Positions 1 through 7,957 of a stretch of 17,367 bases of DNA are shown here, piece by piece. Within the stretch, counting starts at the first letter, position 1, and each line of letters opens with the position of its first letter. The notes below the pieces were generated by a model that saw nothing but the letters and a program-made list of their open reading frames with translations, was not told the origin of the DNA and made no database searches. The DNA comes from a virus (taxonomy: Duplodnaviria; Heunggongvirae; Uroviricota; Caudoviricetes): IMG/VR virus record IMGVR_UViG_2606217110_000021, one strand, 5' to 3'. A program made the position numbers and the translations under genes.

Positions 1-39
1 GATAACCAGAGCGGAGATAATCGCGGTTACTCTGTTCAT
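1..39 (-). CDS. Rz-like spanin, 5' end only (gene continues beyond window start)
   Basis: ATG at 39-37 overlaps the endolysin stop (ATGA). The first 13 codons translate to [13 protein letters not shown], matching the conserved N-terminus of lambda Rz as I recall it. Confidence 0.55.
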   Translation of the reverse strand, partial: MNRVTAIISALVI

Positions 40-533
40 TGCTGACCCCACAAACAGATTTCACGCTCAATCTCACGACGAGTCATGAGACCTTTCCATT
101 GCTTACCGCCAGCATATGTCCAGCGACGTAGCTGATCACATGCGCCTTTGATATCGCCCTGGTTTATTTTGCGAAGAAGCGTCGATGTTCTGAAATTGCC
201 AGCACCCACGTTGTAAACGAATGAGTAAAGAGCGCCGCGCGTTGTTTCCGGTATATCGACTTTGATGTACGGGTTAATTTGTCTGGCGACCGTGGCAAGG
301 TCTTTATTCAAGAGTGTTTTGCATTCTGCTTTGGTATACGTTTTACCGAGCATGATGTCTTTTCCTGTATGCCCGTGACATACAGTCCATACACCAACAA
401 TATCTTTGTATGGTATGTAGCTGACACCTTCCAGACCATCGTTACCACTTGGGCCAGTGATTAACACTGATGCTATAGCAATTGCTCCGCCACCAATAGC
501 AGCAGCAACGACTTTTCGTAATGATGGAGGCAT
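36..533 (-). CDS. SAR endolysin (phage 21 R-type lysozyme)
   Basis: 165-aa ORF from the track. N-terminal Gly/Ala-rich weakly hydrophobic segment ([20 protein letters not shown]) typical of a signal-anchor-release domain, followed by a lysozyme-like body. Start overlaps the holin stop (TAATG). Confidence 0.88.
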   Translation of the reverse strand: MPPSLRKVVAAAIGGGAIAIASVLITGPSGNDGLEGVSYIPYKDIVGVWTVCHGHTGKDIMLGKTYTKAECKTLLNKDLATVARQINPYIKVDIPETTRGALYSFVYNVGAGNFRTSTLLRKINQGDIKGACDQLRRWTYAGGKQWKGLMTRREIEREICLWGQQ

Positions 534-748
534 TATTCACCTCTCGCAGCCTTGCGCTTATCTTCTTTAATCTTGAAATAAAGGTTTGTCAGGTACGTCA
601 GCAGGCCAAATACCAGACTACCCAGCACACCGATTGCAGCCCACTGTGACGGAGTTACTCTATCGAGCAACTGTAAAAACCAGTAGCCAGCACTGCCTGC
701 GGAGGTGCCGTAGGCAATGCCTGTTGAAATTTTGTCCATGGATCTCAT
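533..748 (-). CDS. class II holin (pinholin, S21-like) with dual start
   Basis: The ORF track gives 533..805, but the likely start is ATG at 748 (MRSMDK...), preceded by GGAGGTGA at 5-6 nt. A second in-frame ATG at 739 gives the classic two-start antiholin/holin arrangement. 71 aa with two hydrophobic segments and a charged C-terminus. Confidence 0.85.
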   Translation of the reverse strand: MRSMDKISTGIAYGTSAGSAGYWFLQLLDRVTPSQWAAIGVLGSLVFGLLTYLTNLYFKIKEDKRKAARGE

Positions 749-850
749 AGCCTCACCTCCGCACGGAACGGATGGCATAGTTATTATGTGTAGGCTTTCA
801 GACACATCAATCAGAGCCTTAATTGATATATATGCTGGAGACGATGCAAT

Positions 851-874
851 ATAAAAAGCTCGCCGTAGCGAGCT
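851..874 (-). terminator. intrinsic terminator downstream of lipoprotein gene 1
   Basis: Perfect 7-bp stem AGCTCGC/GCGAGCT with a 4-nt loop. On the minus strand it is followed by TTTTTAT. Confidence 0.5.
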
Positions 875-999
875 AATAAAATGTATTTCTCTGATATTAT
901 GTTTATTTGTATTAGCTCAGACTTGACATCACAGGTTTCGTATATAGAACATCATCAAATCTGTCAGTTTGCTATGAATGAGATATAGTAATTGAAGAG

Positions 1000-1395
1000 C
1001 TAACCTCGCATGTCAAAGCCAGATTTCTGAAAATCTCTGTAGACTTCCGGATTGTTGAAGGCCGGAAATTTGGCTTTATGAGCTGCGGACTTTATCGCTT
1101 CGCAATAGGCTTTATCACCGTTACTGGTAGATATTTTTAACGCCGTGCCATCCTGAGAGAATTCCATATGCAACCTGCATTTTTTCCCTTTCCAGTTATG
1201 CGGCTCATCAAGTTTGGCATTAATTGCAGCTCTGATTCCCCGCGCTTGCGCCCCCCATTCATCCTGATCATCCCAGCGTCCTGAACTGCAACTACCTGTA
1301 GCAGTAGTTTTGTGGCAATCTGAAGGGTGTAAAGGTGTGCATCCCGCAACAAAACCGACCCAAAAAGTCAACATAACGATTTTCTTTAATCCCAC
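1000..1395 (-). CDS. lipoprotein with divergent TolA domain III-like C-terminus
   Basis: GTG start at 1395 preceded by GAGGAG at 6 nt. Signal peptide MGLKKIVMLTFWVGFVAGC with lipobox VAGC. C-terminal region shares the pattern KxC-L-M...GD..C..A....A..PA..PEVY..FQ with the downstream paralogue. Confidence 0.75.
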   Translation of the reverse strand: MGLKKIVMLTFWVGFVAGCTPLHPSDCHKTTATGSCSSGRWDDQDEWGAQARGIRAAINAKLDEPHNWKGKKCRLHMEFSQDGTALKISTSNGDKAYCEAIKSAAHKAKFPAFNNPEVYRDFQKSGFDMRG

Positions 1396-1545
1396 TTCTT
1401 GCTCCTCAATCCATTAAAATCTCAGCAATAGTAGTTGCTACGTCCGCCACTGGCTCAGAGCTGACTATCCGCTAAATTTAGCTCAGTGCCGTAGCTGTGT
1501 CAGAACAAACCTAAGCCGAAACCGTTTATTACAAAACAATAAATA

Positions 1546-1974
1546 TCAGGGTTTAAAATCCAGCACCCCATTTTGAAATACTTTATATACTTCCGGCGAA
1601 GGGGGGGCAGGTATATCAGCATTCTTTATCGCATTCATCGCTTCACGACATAAATCGAGGTCTCCACTTTCTCTTTTAACCTCCAGTAGAAGGCCATTCG
1701 GGGCCATATGCATTCTCAGTGTACACTCTTTTCCTGAATACTTACTCGCATCCCCGAACTGTTTTTCGATGGCGCTCTTGATTTGATGGGCATACAGACG
1801 GATATCCTCACTAACATCAGAAGTACGTTCAGATGAACTCACATACTGTGTCTCTATTGCTTTATCGGAGTAATATGATGTACGGTCATGATAATTTGTC
1901 GATACAGCATCAGTGCACCCGATAATAATCCCACTAATAATCAACGTAAGAATTGATGCGCTACGAAAACCCAT
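1546..1974 (-). CDS. lipoprotein with TolA C-terminal domain (domain III)-like module
   Basis: ATG at 1974 preceded by GAGGA at 5 nt. Lipobox IIGC. The C-terminal ~85 aa (YAHQIKSAIEKQFGDASKYSGKECTLRMHMAPNGLLLEVK...IPAPPSPEVYKVFQNGVLDFKP) closely resembles the C-terminus of E. coli TolA as I recall it, including both cysteines and the terminal LDFKP. Confidence 0.8.
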   Translation of the reverse strand: MGFRSASILTLIISGIIIGCTDAVSTNYHDRTSYYSDKAIETQYVSSSERTSDVSEDIRLYAHQIKSAIEKQFGDASKYSGKECTLRMHMAPNGLLLEVKRESGDLDLCREAMNAIKNADIPAPPSPEVYKVFQNGVLDFKP

Positions 1975-2562
1975 TTTTCCTCACATATGTCATATAGTAA
2001 AGGATTATATATACCGTTGTTTTGGACGCTCAAACAGCGAATCAGATCAAATAAAACGCACATTTGTTAACATTTACACAAAGTCTGCGTGGGATATTCT
2101 GAAAGAATATCCATAATGTGGAGAGAATCTATTGAAGTGCATGGTGCCGGGTGCCTCCCGGTGAACAAAATGTTCGTGATACCTGTCGGCGACAGAAAAG
2201 GTTAATGGTATCACCCCACCGCACAGGGGGATTCACCATGCAGGAGTTTTCTTAGCAAACTCACTGCGCGCCCGGCAACTCCCAACCACATAAAATGCGG
2301 AGTTTGTGGTATTTATGCATATAACTCGCAGGAATTATCTTAAAAAACTGATGTCGATCCGGATTAAAAAGAAGCAGGTCATCATCAGATGACTGGAAAA
2401 AAGGAAAACAAAAAATACTCATCATACAGTTTTGATTGCAGGGATGAGCCTGCTATGCACAATATGCAGAATATAAGCAAGATAAAAATATGCAGGCATA
2501 TTATTTCGGATTTTGTTATTAACACAACCTTTTTAATAATCATTTGGCATACAATAAACCAG

Positions 2563-2592
2563 CCCAAAAAGAACCGCCTAAACAGGCGGTTG
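2563..2592 (-). terminator. intrinsic terminator (minus strand)
   Basis: Stem AACCGCC/GGCGGTT with a 7-nt loop at 2572-2592. On the minus strand it is followed by TCTTTTTGGG. Confidence 0.5.
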
Positions 2593-2911
2593 GTCAATAC
2601 AAAGGATGCTTCGTCTTTATTATAGTAATCTGAGGCGTCGGGTGTCTTGTATCAGACAACATATTGTCCCGCTAAACAGCGAATTACAAACCACCCTGCA
2701 ATGATCTCTCATCTCATTTTATATGAGTTGACGACATCAGGATAACGCATCATCAGCCCCTGCCAAGAAATATCAAAACTCCCGCCAGCAATGTGTTATC
2801 ACAATATTGTAAAAAAAACACAGCACCGAAACTATAACTGGTCTCTGTTATAATTTGGAGCAGAAAGACCAGTTGCCCAACTAGCAGCATTCTCCCCTGC
2901 TTTCCTGACGT

Positions 2912-2938
2912 AAAAAAACCGCATTAAGCGGTTTTTTT
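2912..2938 (-). terminator. intrinsic terminator just downstream of Q-like gene (candidate tR'-type or operon-end terminator)
   Basis: AAAAAAACCGC-atta-GCGGTTTTTTT: a GC stem flanked by A and T runs on both sides, so bidirectional in principle. It lies 80 nt downstream of the Q-like stop. Confidence 0.6.
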
Positions 2939-3018
2939 ACGATGTCCATGTCTGCAATCCGCCTCGCGATACAGCTTTGCGAAGCATAGCAAAATTGAAG
3001 CAGTTTATACGTAAGAAA
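2939..3018 (-). promoter_or_regulatory. putative late promoter / Q-utilisation region (position-based)
   Basis: Inferred only from synteny: the interval between the Q-like stop and the terminator at 2912-2938. A TATAAA-like element is present on the minus strand, but I could not map a clean -35/-10 pair. Confidence 0.25.
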
Positions 3019-3561
3019 TCAAGCCATTTTCTCAGCAAATGATTCACGCATGGGAATATATAGGGCATACTCAGCAACAGCTAACCAATTAGCAATCCGT
3101 TTTTCGCATGTGCTAAAACACCACTCTGGGTGTGCATCATTTAGCAATTCAGCCATTTTGCGCTTAGTCATCCCCCGCCCTTCATAGCGTTGCCGGAGAA
3201 TGCAAATCAATCCTGGATGCTCTGCCAGCACCTCACTTATGACTCGATCAATACATAACGCCTCTGCATCAGTACAATGCGCCAGCCAGCTCTTTTGCTT
3301 GCCGTTGATCATCTCTCGCAAAAACGCTTCCAGCTCAGCTTTCTCTATTCCCGCTTTTTTCATTCTGCGCAGGGCTTCATTAATGGCTGTTTTCGTCAGT
3401 TTTTTGGATGCCAACAACTGATTGAACATATTCCCTGACCTGCCACCGCCAATATACGACCAGCGCCCCCACATACGTAGTTTTCCCTGAATCCAGACAC
3501 TTTCCAGCGTGGTGAGGCGAAGGTGTTCTCCGCTTTTTCCTGTATTCGTTGGGTAAATCAT
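3019..3561 (-). CDS. putative late-gene antiterminator Q-like protein
   Basis: 180-aa ORF immediately upstream of the lysis region, overlapping the upstream gene by ATGA. Cys-containing C-terminal half. The assignment rests mainly on synteny with lambdoid late-control regions. Confidence 0.6.
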   Translation of the reverse strand: MIYPTNTGKSGEHLRLTTLESVWIQGKLRMWGRWSYIGGGRSGNMFNQLLASKKLTKTAINEALRRMKKAGIEKAELEAFLREMINGKQKSWLAHCTDAEALCIDRVISEVLAEHPGLICILRQRYEGRGMTKRKMAELLNDAHPEWCFSTCEKRIANWLAVAEYALYIPMRESFAEKMA

Positions 3562-3848
3562 AAATGACCTTTCTTTCTCCAGATTTCTTGTGTGCGAAAA
3601 ACCCCTTCAGCATGCATCAGGCGCAATTCTTCTTTGGTGTAATCGCTGGTTTTTACCCGCCCGTCGATTAGATCGTGGCATGAGCTACAGGCTATCGCCG
3701 CCTGCATATCGTGTGGTTTTGTCGCTGTTCCGCACGTCCCCGCCAGCCTGTAATGCGCCAGCACAGAGGTTTCGGGATTGTGATTGCAGTAGCCAGGGAT
3801 TCTGATCTGGCACATCTGGCCTTTAGCCGCTTTACGTAAATTCACCAT
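3558..3848 (-). CDS. DUF1364 (YbcO-like) putative nuclease
   Basis: 96 aa with CQIRIPGYCNHNPETSVLAHYR and IACSSCHDLID motifs, recalled from the prophage YbcO family. Translationally coupled to the flanking genes. Confidence 0.75.
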   Translation of the reverse strand: MVNLRKAAKGQMCQIRIPGYCNHNPETSVLAHYRLAGTCGTATKPHDMQAAIACSSCHDLIDGRVKTSDYTKEELRLMHAEGVFRTQEIWRKKGHL

Positions 3849-4447
3849 TACGCAAACTCCAGTAGTTGTGCGGCCACATTTTCAACTTCCTCCTGAGAGG
3901 AGAATTTACGAAACAGAATCCAGTTCCACAGCACATTCAGTACAGATTTATAAACCTGCTGAAACTCGACTTCGTCCATATTCGCAAAAGCGATGGATTT
4001 TGCCCGACGCCCACGGCTACCGTCCGGATAAATATGCTCGGTGTAAAATCCGGCCTGAATGGTTACCCACTCGCGGAAAGCCTCAAACGACTTTAGCAAC
4101 GCCGTATCCCGGGTTCTACGAGTCGCAACGGTGTTAAGGTATTGCTCTGCGGCATCACTCAGGGCTGGCGTGTGTTCCCGACCAACTGATTCGCACAGGT
4201 AATCAACGAAACCAGACAGCAGTTCTCGTTCGCGAGGCGTGATCGCCCCACCGACCGGAGTCCAGTAATCGAATCCCAGTTGCAGGAGTTTGAAAAAACG
4301 CTTGTGGAATGCGTAGTTACGCACACGCTTAAAGTCTGCGTGTATCCACTCACCTATTTTGATTTGATGCAGAAAATCGCAACTCTCCGGCGTCGCCGGG
4401 AGAAGTAAACCAGAAGAAGTTTGTTTGACCAGTTGTATATGCGCCAT
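3848..4447 (-). CDS. DUF1367-like phage protein (nin-region type)
   Basis: 199-aa ORF; its stop overlaps the downstream start. Family assignment is from memory of prophage YdfU-like proteins and is tentative. Confidence 0.65.
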   Translation of the reverse strand: MAHIQLVKQTSSGLLLPATPESCDFLHQIKIGEWIHADFKRVRNYAFHKRFFKLLQLGFDYWTPVGGAITPRERELLSGFVDYLCESVGREHTPALSDAAEQYLNTVATRRTRDTALLKSFEAFREWVTIQAGFYTEHIYPDGSRGRRAKSIAFANMDEVEFQQVYKSVLNVLWNWILFRKFSSQEEVENVAAQLLEFA

Positions 4448-4727
4448 TTCTCAATCTCTCGATGGCGCAGCGCAGCAGATGCCAGTTGTTCAGGCTGACG
4501 AATAAAGTATAAATAAACTGGCTATGGTGTAAAGCCCCACATAGCATGAACAAACACTACATATCAAATAGCTGGTACAAGGATAGAAATACGACATTTA
4601 TTATTAAAAACGATTAGATAAATTACATTTTAATGTTATGCAAAAGTTCTTTTTTATCATAACATTTCAATAAAAGCATTACAGATGCAATCATCCCGTC
4701 ATCATCAATTATTTAAGGTGGTTAAAC

Positions 4728-4814
4728 ATGGAAAATAACAAGTTCGCACATCTCGCTCCTTTTTTATCCGTAATCCTTTTCGCTTGTTGTTTTATATGGG
4801 CATTATTTTTATAA
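4728..4814 (+). CDS. candidate 28-aa small hydrophobic membrane peptide
   Basis: ATG at 4728 preceded by AAGGTGG at 6 nt. Translation MENNKFAHLAPFLSVILFACCFIWALFL gives a short polar N-terminus followed by one roughly 20-residue hydrophobic stretch. It is below the ORF-track size cut-off. Confidence 0.35.
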   Translation: MENNKFAHLAPFLSVILFACCFIWALFL

Positions 4815-5205
4815 AGTAGCCACATGATAAGTTGCTGGAATCATATTTCCCACTCAAGTCATTAACATTTGATAAGATATATCTAAAAGGACGCCTTTAC
4901 ATTATTTATGTGTATATAATTTATTTATATACACAGTAAAGGTATCCTGGGAAAATATTTATCGTTAAAAAATACATCATAAATAATTAAGCTGAAATTT
5001 CAGAACACAACTAATACACACAATAAGGTTCAGTAACAATAATCTATGTGGACTACATCGAGATTTTTTGATTAAACTTTAATAACTTATTCCTAACACA
5101 CAGAATGCATAAACTAAAAGTAAAACAAATAGTTATACGAAAAACAACCATATTTATTATATCTTCTCCTCTAATCAACATATCAATTATGTGTTTCATA
5201 ACAGC

Positions 5206-5238
5206 TTGACATAACCCTCAAAAACACGCATTTATAAT
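5206..5238 (+). promoter_or_regulatory. putative sigma70 promoter for the DUF1971 gene
   Basis: Consensus TTGACA at 5206-5211 and consensus TATAAT at 5233-5238. The spacer is 21 bp, which is longer than optimal, so this is tentative. Confidence 0.3.
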
Positions 5239-5260
5239 GCATGTTTTTGAGGAGGTGGTT

Positions 5261-5599
5261 ATGACACACAAGAGAATTCCTAAAGATTGGGTAATCAAAC
5301 GCTCAACTCCGTTCTTCACAAAAGAGAACGTACCTTCAGCGTTATTAACACATCATAATACAGCAGCAGGTGTTTTTGGGCAGTTGTGCGTAATGGAAGG
5401 CACTGTAACATATTATGGTTTTACTGATGAGAATGCTACTGAACCGGAGATAAAAGTAGTCATTAATGCTGGCGCTTTTGCAACAAGCCCACCACAATAC
5501 TGGCACCGTGTTGAACTAAGCGATGATGCTCAGTTTAATATTAACTTTTGGGTCGCTCCAGACTTCTCGGGCGAAAAAGTCTATAGCACCAAAAAATAG
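5261..5599 (+). CDS. DUF1971 / YeaR-like protein (TehB N-terminal domain family)
   Basis: The ORF track starts at 5237, but ATG at 5261 has GGAGG at 5 nt. Motifs RSTPFF, VFGQLCVMEGTVTYYGF, INAGAFATSPPQYWHRVE and FNINFWVAPDF match my recollection of E. coli YeaR. Confidence 0.75.
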   Translation: MTHKRIPKDWVIKRSTPFFTKENVPSALLTHHNTAAGVFGQLCVMEGTVTYYGFTDENATEPEIKVVINAGAFATSPPQYWHRVELSDDAQFNINFWVAPDFSGEKVYSTKK

Positions 5600-5628
5600 A
5601 TGATCATATTAAAAATGCTTTAACAGTC

Positions 5629-5665
5629 AGACCCGGCAGGGCTATCCCCGACGGGTCTCATTTTT
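5629..5665 (+). terminator. intrinsic terminator after the DUF1971 gene
   Basis: Stem AGACCCG/CGGGTCT with inner GGG/CCC pairing, followed by CATTTTT, 30 nt after the stop. Confidence 0.6.
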
Positions 5666-6074
5666 GTAAATATATTGGTTCTACATTGACAGGAGACTTC
5701 AATCATAAGAAGTAATCTGAATACTTGAGCAATAAATTTACTTAAGATTAATGAGCGCACCTTGCCGGACAAAGATAAACCAAGGTAACACCTTTTTTCT
5801 AGCCAGTATGTAATCAATCAGAAAGCCGCTCCATAAGAACAACAGCAAGACAATAAATTGCCATTACAGCCGCAATAGCCAGCGCACATTTGAGAACCAG
5901 CACGACACCCCCCTGTATTAGACGCACACCAGTCCTGATAAATATAAGGCTGTCTCGTCAGTGATTCAATACAACTATTGGGTATAGTTTCTGTGATTTT
6001 ATTCTGTAGAAATGGAACACAACAACCAGTCACCACCAGCACTTCTTTAAATACGCCAAGTCCGACGCAAGCTA

Positions 6075-6140
6075 ACCTTCTAGTCCGCTTTGAGCGAGAA
6101 GCGGAAGTCTCGGTCTTATTATGTTCTGAGACTAGAAGGT
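6075..6140. repeat. nested and overlapping inverted repeats (structured element)
   Basis: Outer 11-bp perfect inverted repeat ACCTTCTAGTC (6075-6085) and GACTAGAAGGT (6130-6140). Inner hairpins CGCTT/AAGCG (6086-6103) and AGTCTC/GAGACT (6106-6133); the second overlaps the outer right arm. Confidence 0.5.
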
Positions 6141-6202
6141 ATTTCTTAAGGATGATTATTCGTTACGCCTACATATAATAGAAACAGAAATTTAAAGTTT
6201 AA

Positions 6203-6232
6203 ATCTAGGTATCTGGCTAATGATACCTAGAT
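6203..6232 (-). terminator. hairpin downstream of the HEPN-like gene (probable terminator)
   Basis: Perfect 11-bp stem ATCTAGGTATC/GATACCTAGAT with an 8-nt loop, about 40 nt past the stop at 6270. The flanks are A/T-rich but lack a clean U-tract. Confidence 0.45.
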
Positions 6233-6269
6233 TGAATTTGAATCATATTTTGTTAGTTAACTTTAACTA

Positions 6270-7637
6270 TTATCTTTCTCCAACATCCTCTTCTAAAACA
6301 TGATCTATCTTATCTACAGGAAGATTATCATACTTAGAAAAATCAAAACCATCGGGAAGTTTATTTTTTGCTGCTTTTAATATTCTTATTGAATCGTTAC
6401 CGTTTCTAGAGCGATTTCGCCAATAACATTGATTGTTTTTGTTTGCTCCTTCAAGCAGGGTTAACATTTGCTCGCTTGAGTAATTAGCCAAGTCTTTGTC
6501 AATAAATCTATCAAAATATATATCGGCTCGTTCGAAATCAGCACTATTTATAAAACAAGCAATTCCAAAATCGCGATACTCTGATTCCAAACCTAATTCG
6601 CTGCAAACATTTTTAAAAATTGCCAAATGTTGCTGGTTGAGAAAATTCCCATTATCCCCGTATTTTTTGTAATATTTTTCAGATATTCTTTTTGTTACGC
6701 GATTAATGTGTTCCTCCGGCGATTCAGATATAAAAAAGGCTATTCCAAAATAAGATATGTTATCTTTTATAATAGGCTTTATGAGTTCTTTTACTGAATC
6801 ATCCAAGGCGTTATATATTTCTTTCTCCATGGAAATGAACTCAATTAGTGCCTTAATTGCATCATGGTTATTGGAAATATTGGAGTAATAAGCAGTTTCT
6901 GCTTTAACCGAGTCCACCATGGCTTGCCTGTCTTTTTCAAATATCAGTTTCATAGCTCTGATATTTATCTCTCTATTTTCTAATGGCTTAGCTTCTTCAG
7001 ATCTAAACGAAAACTTCCACAACCCCTTGAATATCTTAACTAATACTTCCTTGTTTAAAGATTTGAAATATTTAACATCTAAGTATTTTTTTAGCGCGTT
7101 ATCGGAAGGGAATAGGTCCTTTACCTTTTCTAGATCTGCAACAAATGTGGAAAGTATTTTTTGAGACATAAATGGCGGCTTGCTTAATATTACTTCTATA
7201 CTATTCCTAATGTCACTTCTAATCATTTCCTGTGTTGGCTCGAATAACGTATCTTCGTCACTTATTACGGGATGGGCAGATAAATGCCTGTGTTTTTGAA
7301 TAAGTAAAACTTTATGGTTTGAAGCAGTGTCTAATAATTGAGTTCTTTCAAAAACTCTTTTAATAAGCTCTTTTTCCCATTTAGGAGAGTAAGGATCATC
7401 GTTTTGTAGTGCTTCAATTTCTAATAATATCTTTTCCGCAACAGCATCGTTATGAACATCTCGCAGTTCTTGGAGCTTAAAAATAATATCACATACAACT
7501 ACTGACCATAGCATCACGGTAGCAGAACGGTAACAACCATTAGCATAGCTCTTATAAACCTCTTCAAAATATTTTCTAGTTCTTCTATCATAAATTTTAC
7601 TCTTCTGAGATTCTAATGAGAATATTCTAACGTCCAT
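6270..7637 (-). CDS. orphan 455-aa protein with N-terminal HEPN-like domain (Rx4H motif); candidate abortive-infection or defence RNase
   Basis: The ORF track gives 6270..7685, but the likely start is ATG at 7637 with GGAGA at 6 nt. Strongly AT-rich. The sequence [13 protein letters not shown] (nt 7272-7292) fits the HEPN Rx4-6H signature. The C-terminal ~320 aa carry no motif I can recognise. Confidence 0.8.
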
Positions 7638-7933
7638 AATTTCTCCATGAAAAATATTTAACTCAAATAATTGAATATGAATCATGTAGTCATAAATACT
7701 TCAAAATTATATTTTTAGCCCACTTAATTCATACAAAACTTCTTTAATAAACTGATTCAGGCCTCATGCATTATGCTTTTAACAAACTATCCTAACCTTC
7801 ATAGTGTAAATCTTGATGTTCAATTTTACAATACGCCAAGTTTCCGTAAATCAATGAATGCGTCGGATTTTACAATAATTTAAAAGAGATGTTGAATAGT
7901 ATCCATGAAGTGTAAGGTTAATATACCCAAAAC

Positions 7934-7957
7934 GTCCGCCTCTGGCACAAAGCGGAC
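7934..7957 (-). terminator. weak hairpin downstream of backbone gene 8026-8448
   Basis: GTCCGC/GCGGAC stem with a 12-nt loop. On the minus strand it is followed by GTTTTGGG. Confidence 0.3.

Noticed and set aside
279-464. 61-aa plus-strand ORF from the track
   Set aside because: Lies entirely antisense within the endolysin gene, with no SD; treated as a frame artefact.
1137-1352. 71-aa minus-strand ORF overlapping lipoprotein gene 1 in another frame
   Set aside because: Nested in a well-supported CDS with no independent start signals.
2385-2625. Two overlapping ORFs (70 aa minus, 78 aa plus) in the Q-lysis spacer
   Set aside because: AT-rich low-complexity translations, no SD, and they overlap each other on opposite strands.
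2753-2890. Roughly 45-codon hydrophobic ORF on the minus strand after the Q-proximal terminator (MLLVGQLVFLLQ...)
   Set aside because: The only purine-rich stretch abuts the ATG with essentially no spacer; the hydrophobicity may just reflect T-rich sequence. Kept only as part of the non-coding interval finding.
2100-3018. Possible tRNA genes between Q and the lysis genes, as in Stx phages
   Set aside because: No T-arm-like (GTTCGAATC-type) or cloverleaf-compatible sequence found by eye.
3200-3613. Track ORFs 3200..3421 (+) and 3380..3613 (-)
   Set aside because: Alternative-frame or antisense ORFs nested in the Q-like and DUF1364 genes.
3866-4553. Track ORFs overlapping the DUF1367 gene (3866..4096, 3868..4137, 4159..4353, 4350..4553)
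   Set aside because: Nested or antisense with no start signals.
6075-6140. Retron msr/msd interpretation of the nested inverted repeats
   Set aside because: The repeat arms are only 44 nt apart and no reverse transcriptase gene is adjacent.
5620-6178. Track ORFs 5620..5817 (-), 5818..6042 (-, Cys-rich 74 aa) and 5978..6178 (+)
   Set aside because: No SD; the 74-aa frame starts at a GTG with no SD; they span terminator and repeat structures. More likely non-coding, though a degraded gene remnant cannot be excluded.
6919-7164. 81-aa plus-strand ORF
   Set aside because: Antisense inside the HEPN-like gene; an AT-rich artefact.
7637-7685. Upstream ATG at 7685 as the start of the HEPN-like gene (471-aa version)
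   Set aside because: No SD precedes it, whereas the ATG at 7637 has GGAGA at good spacing; the longer form is not excluded.
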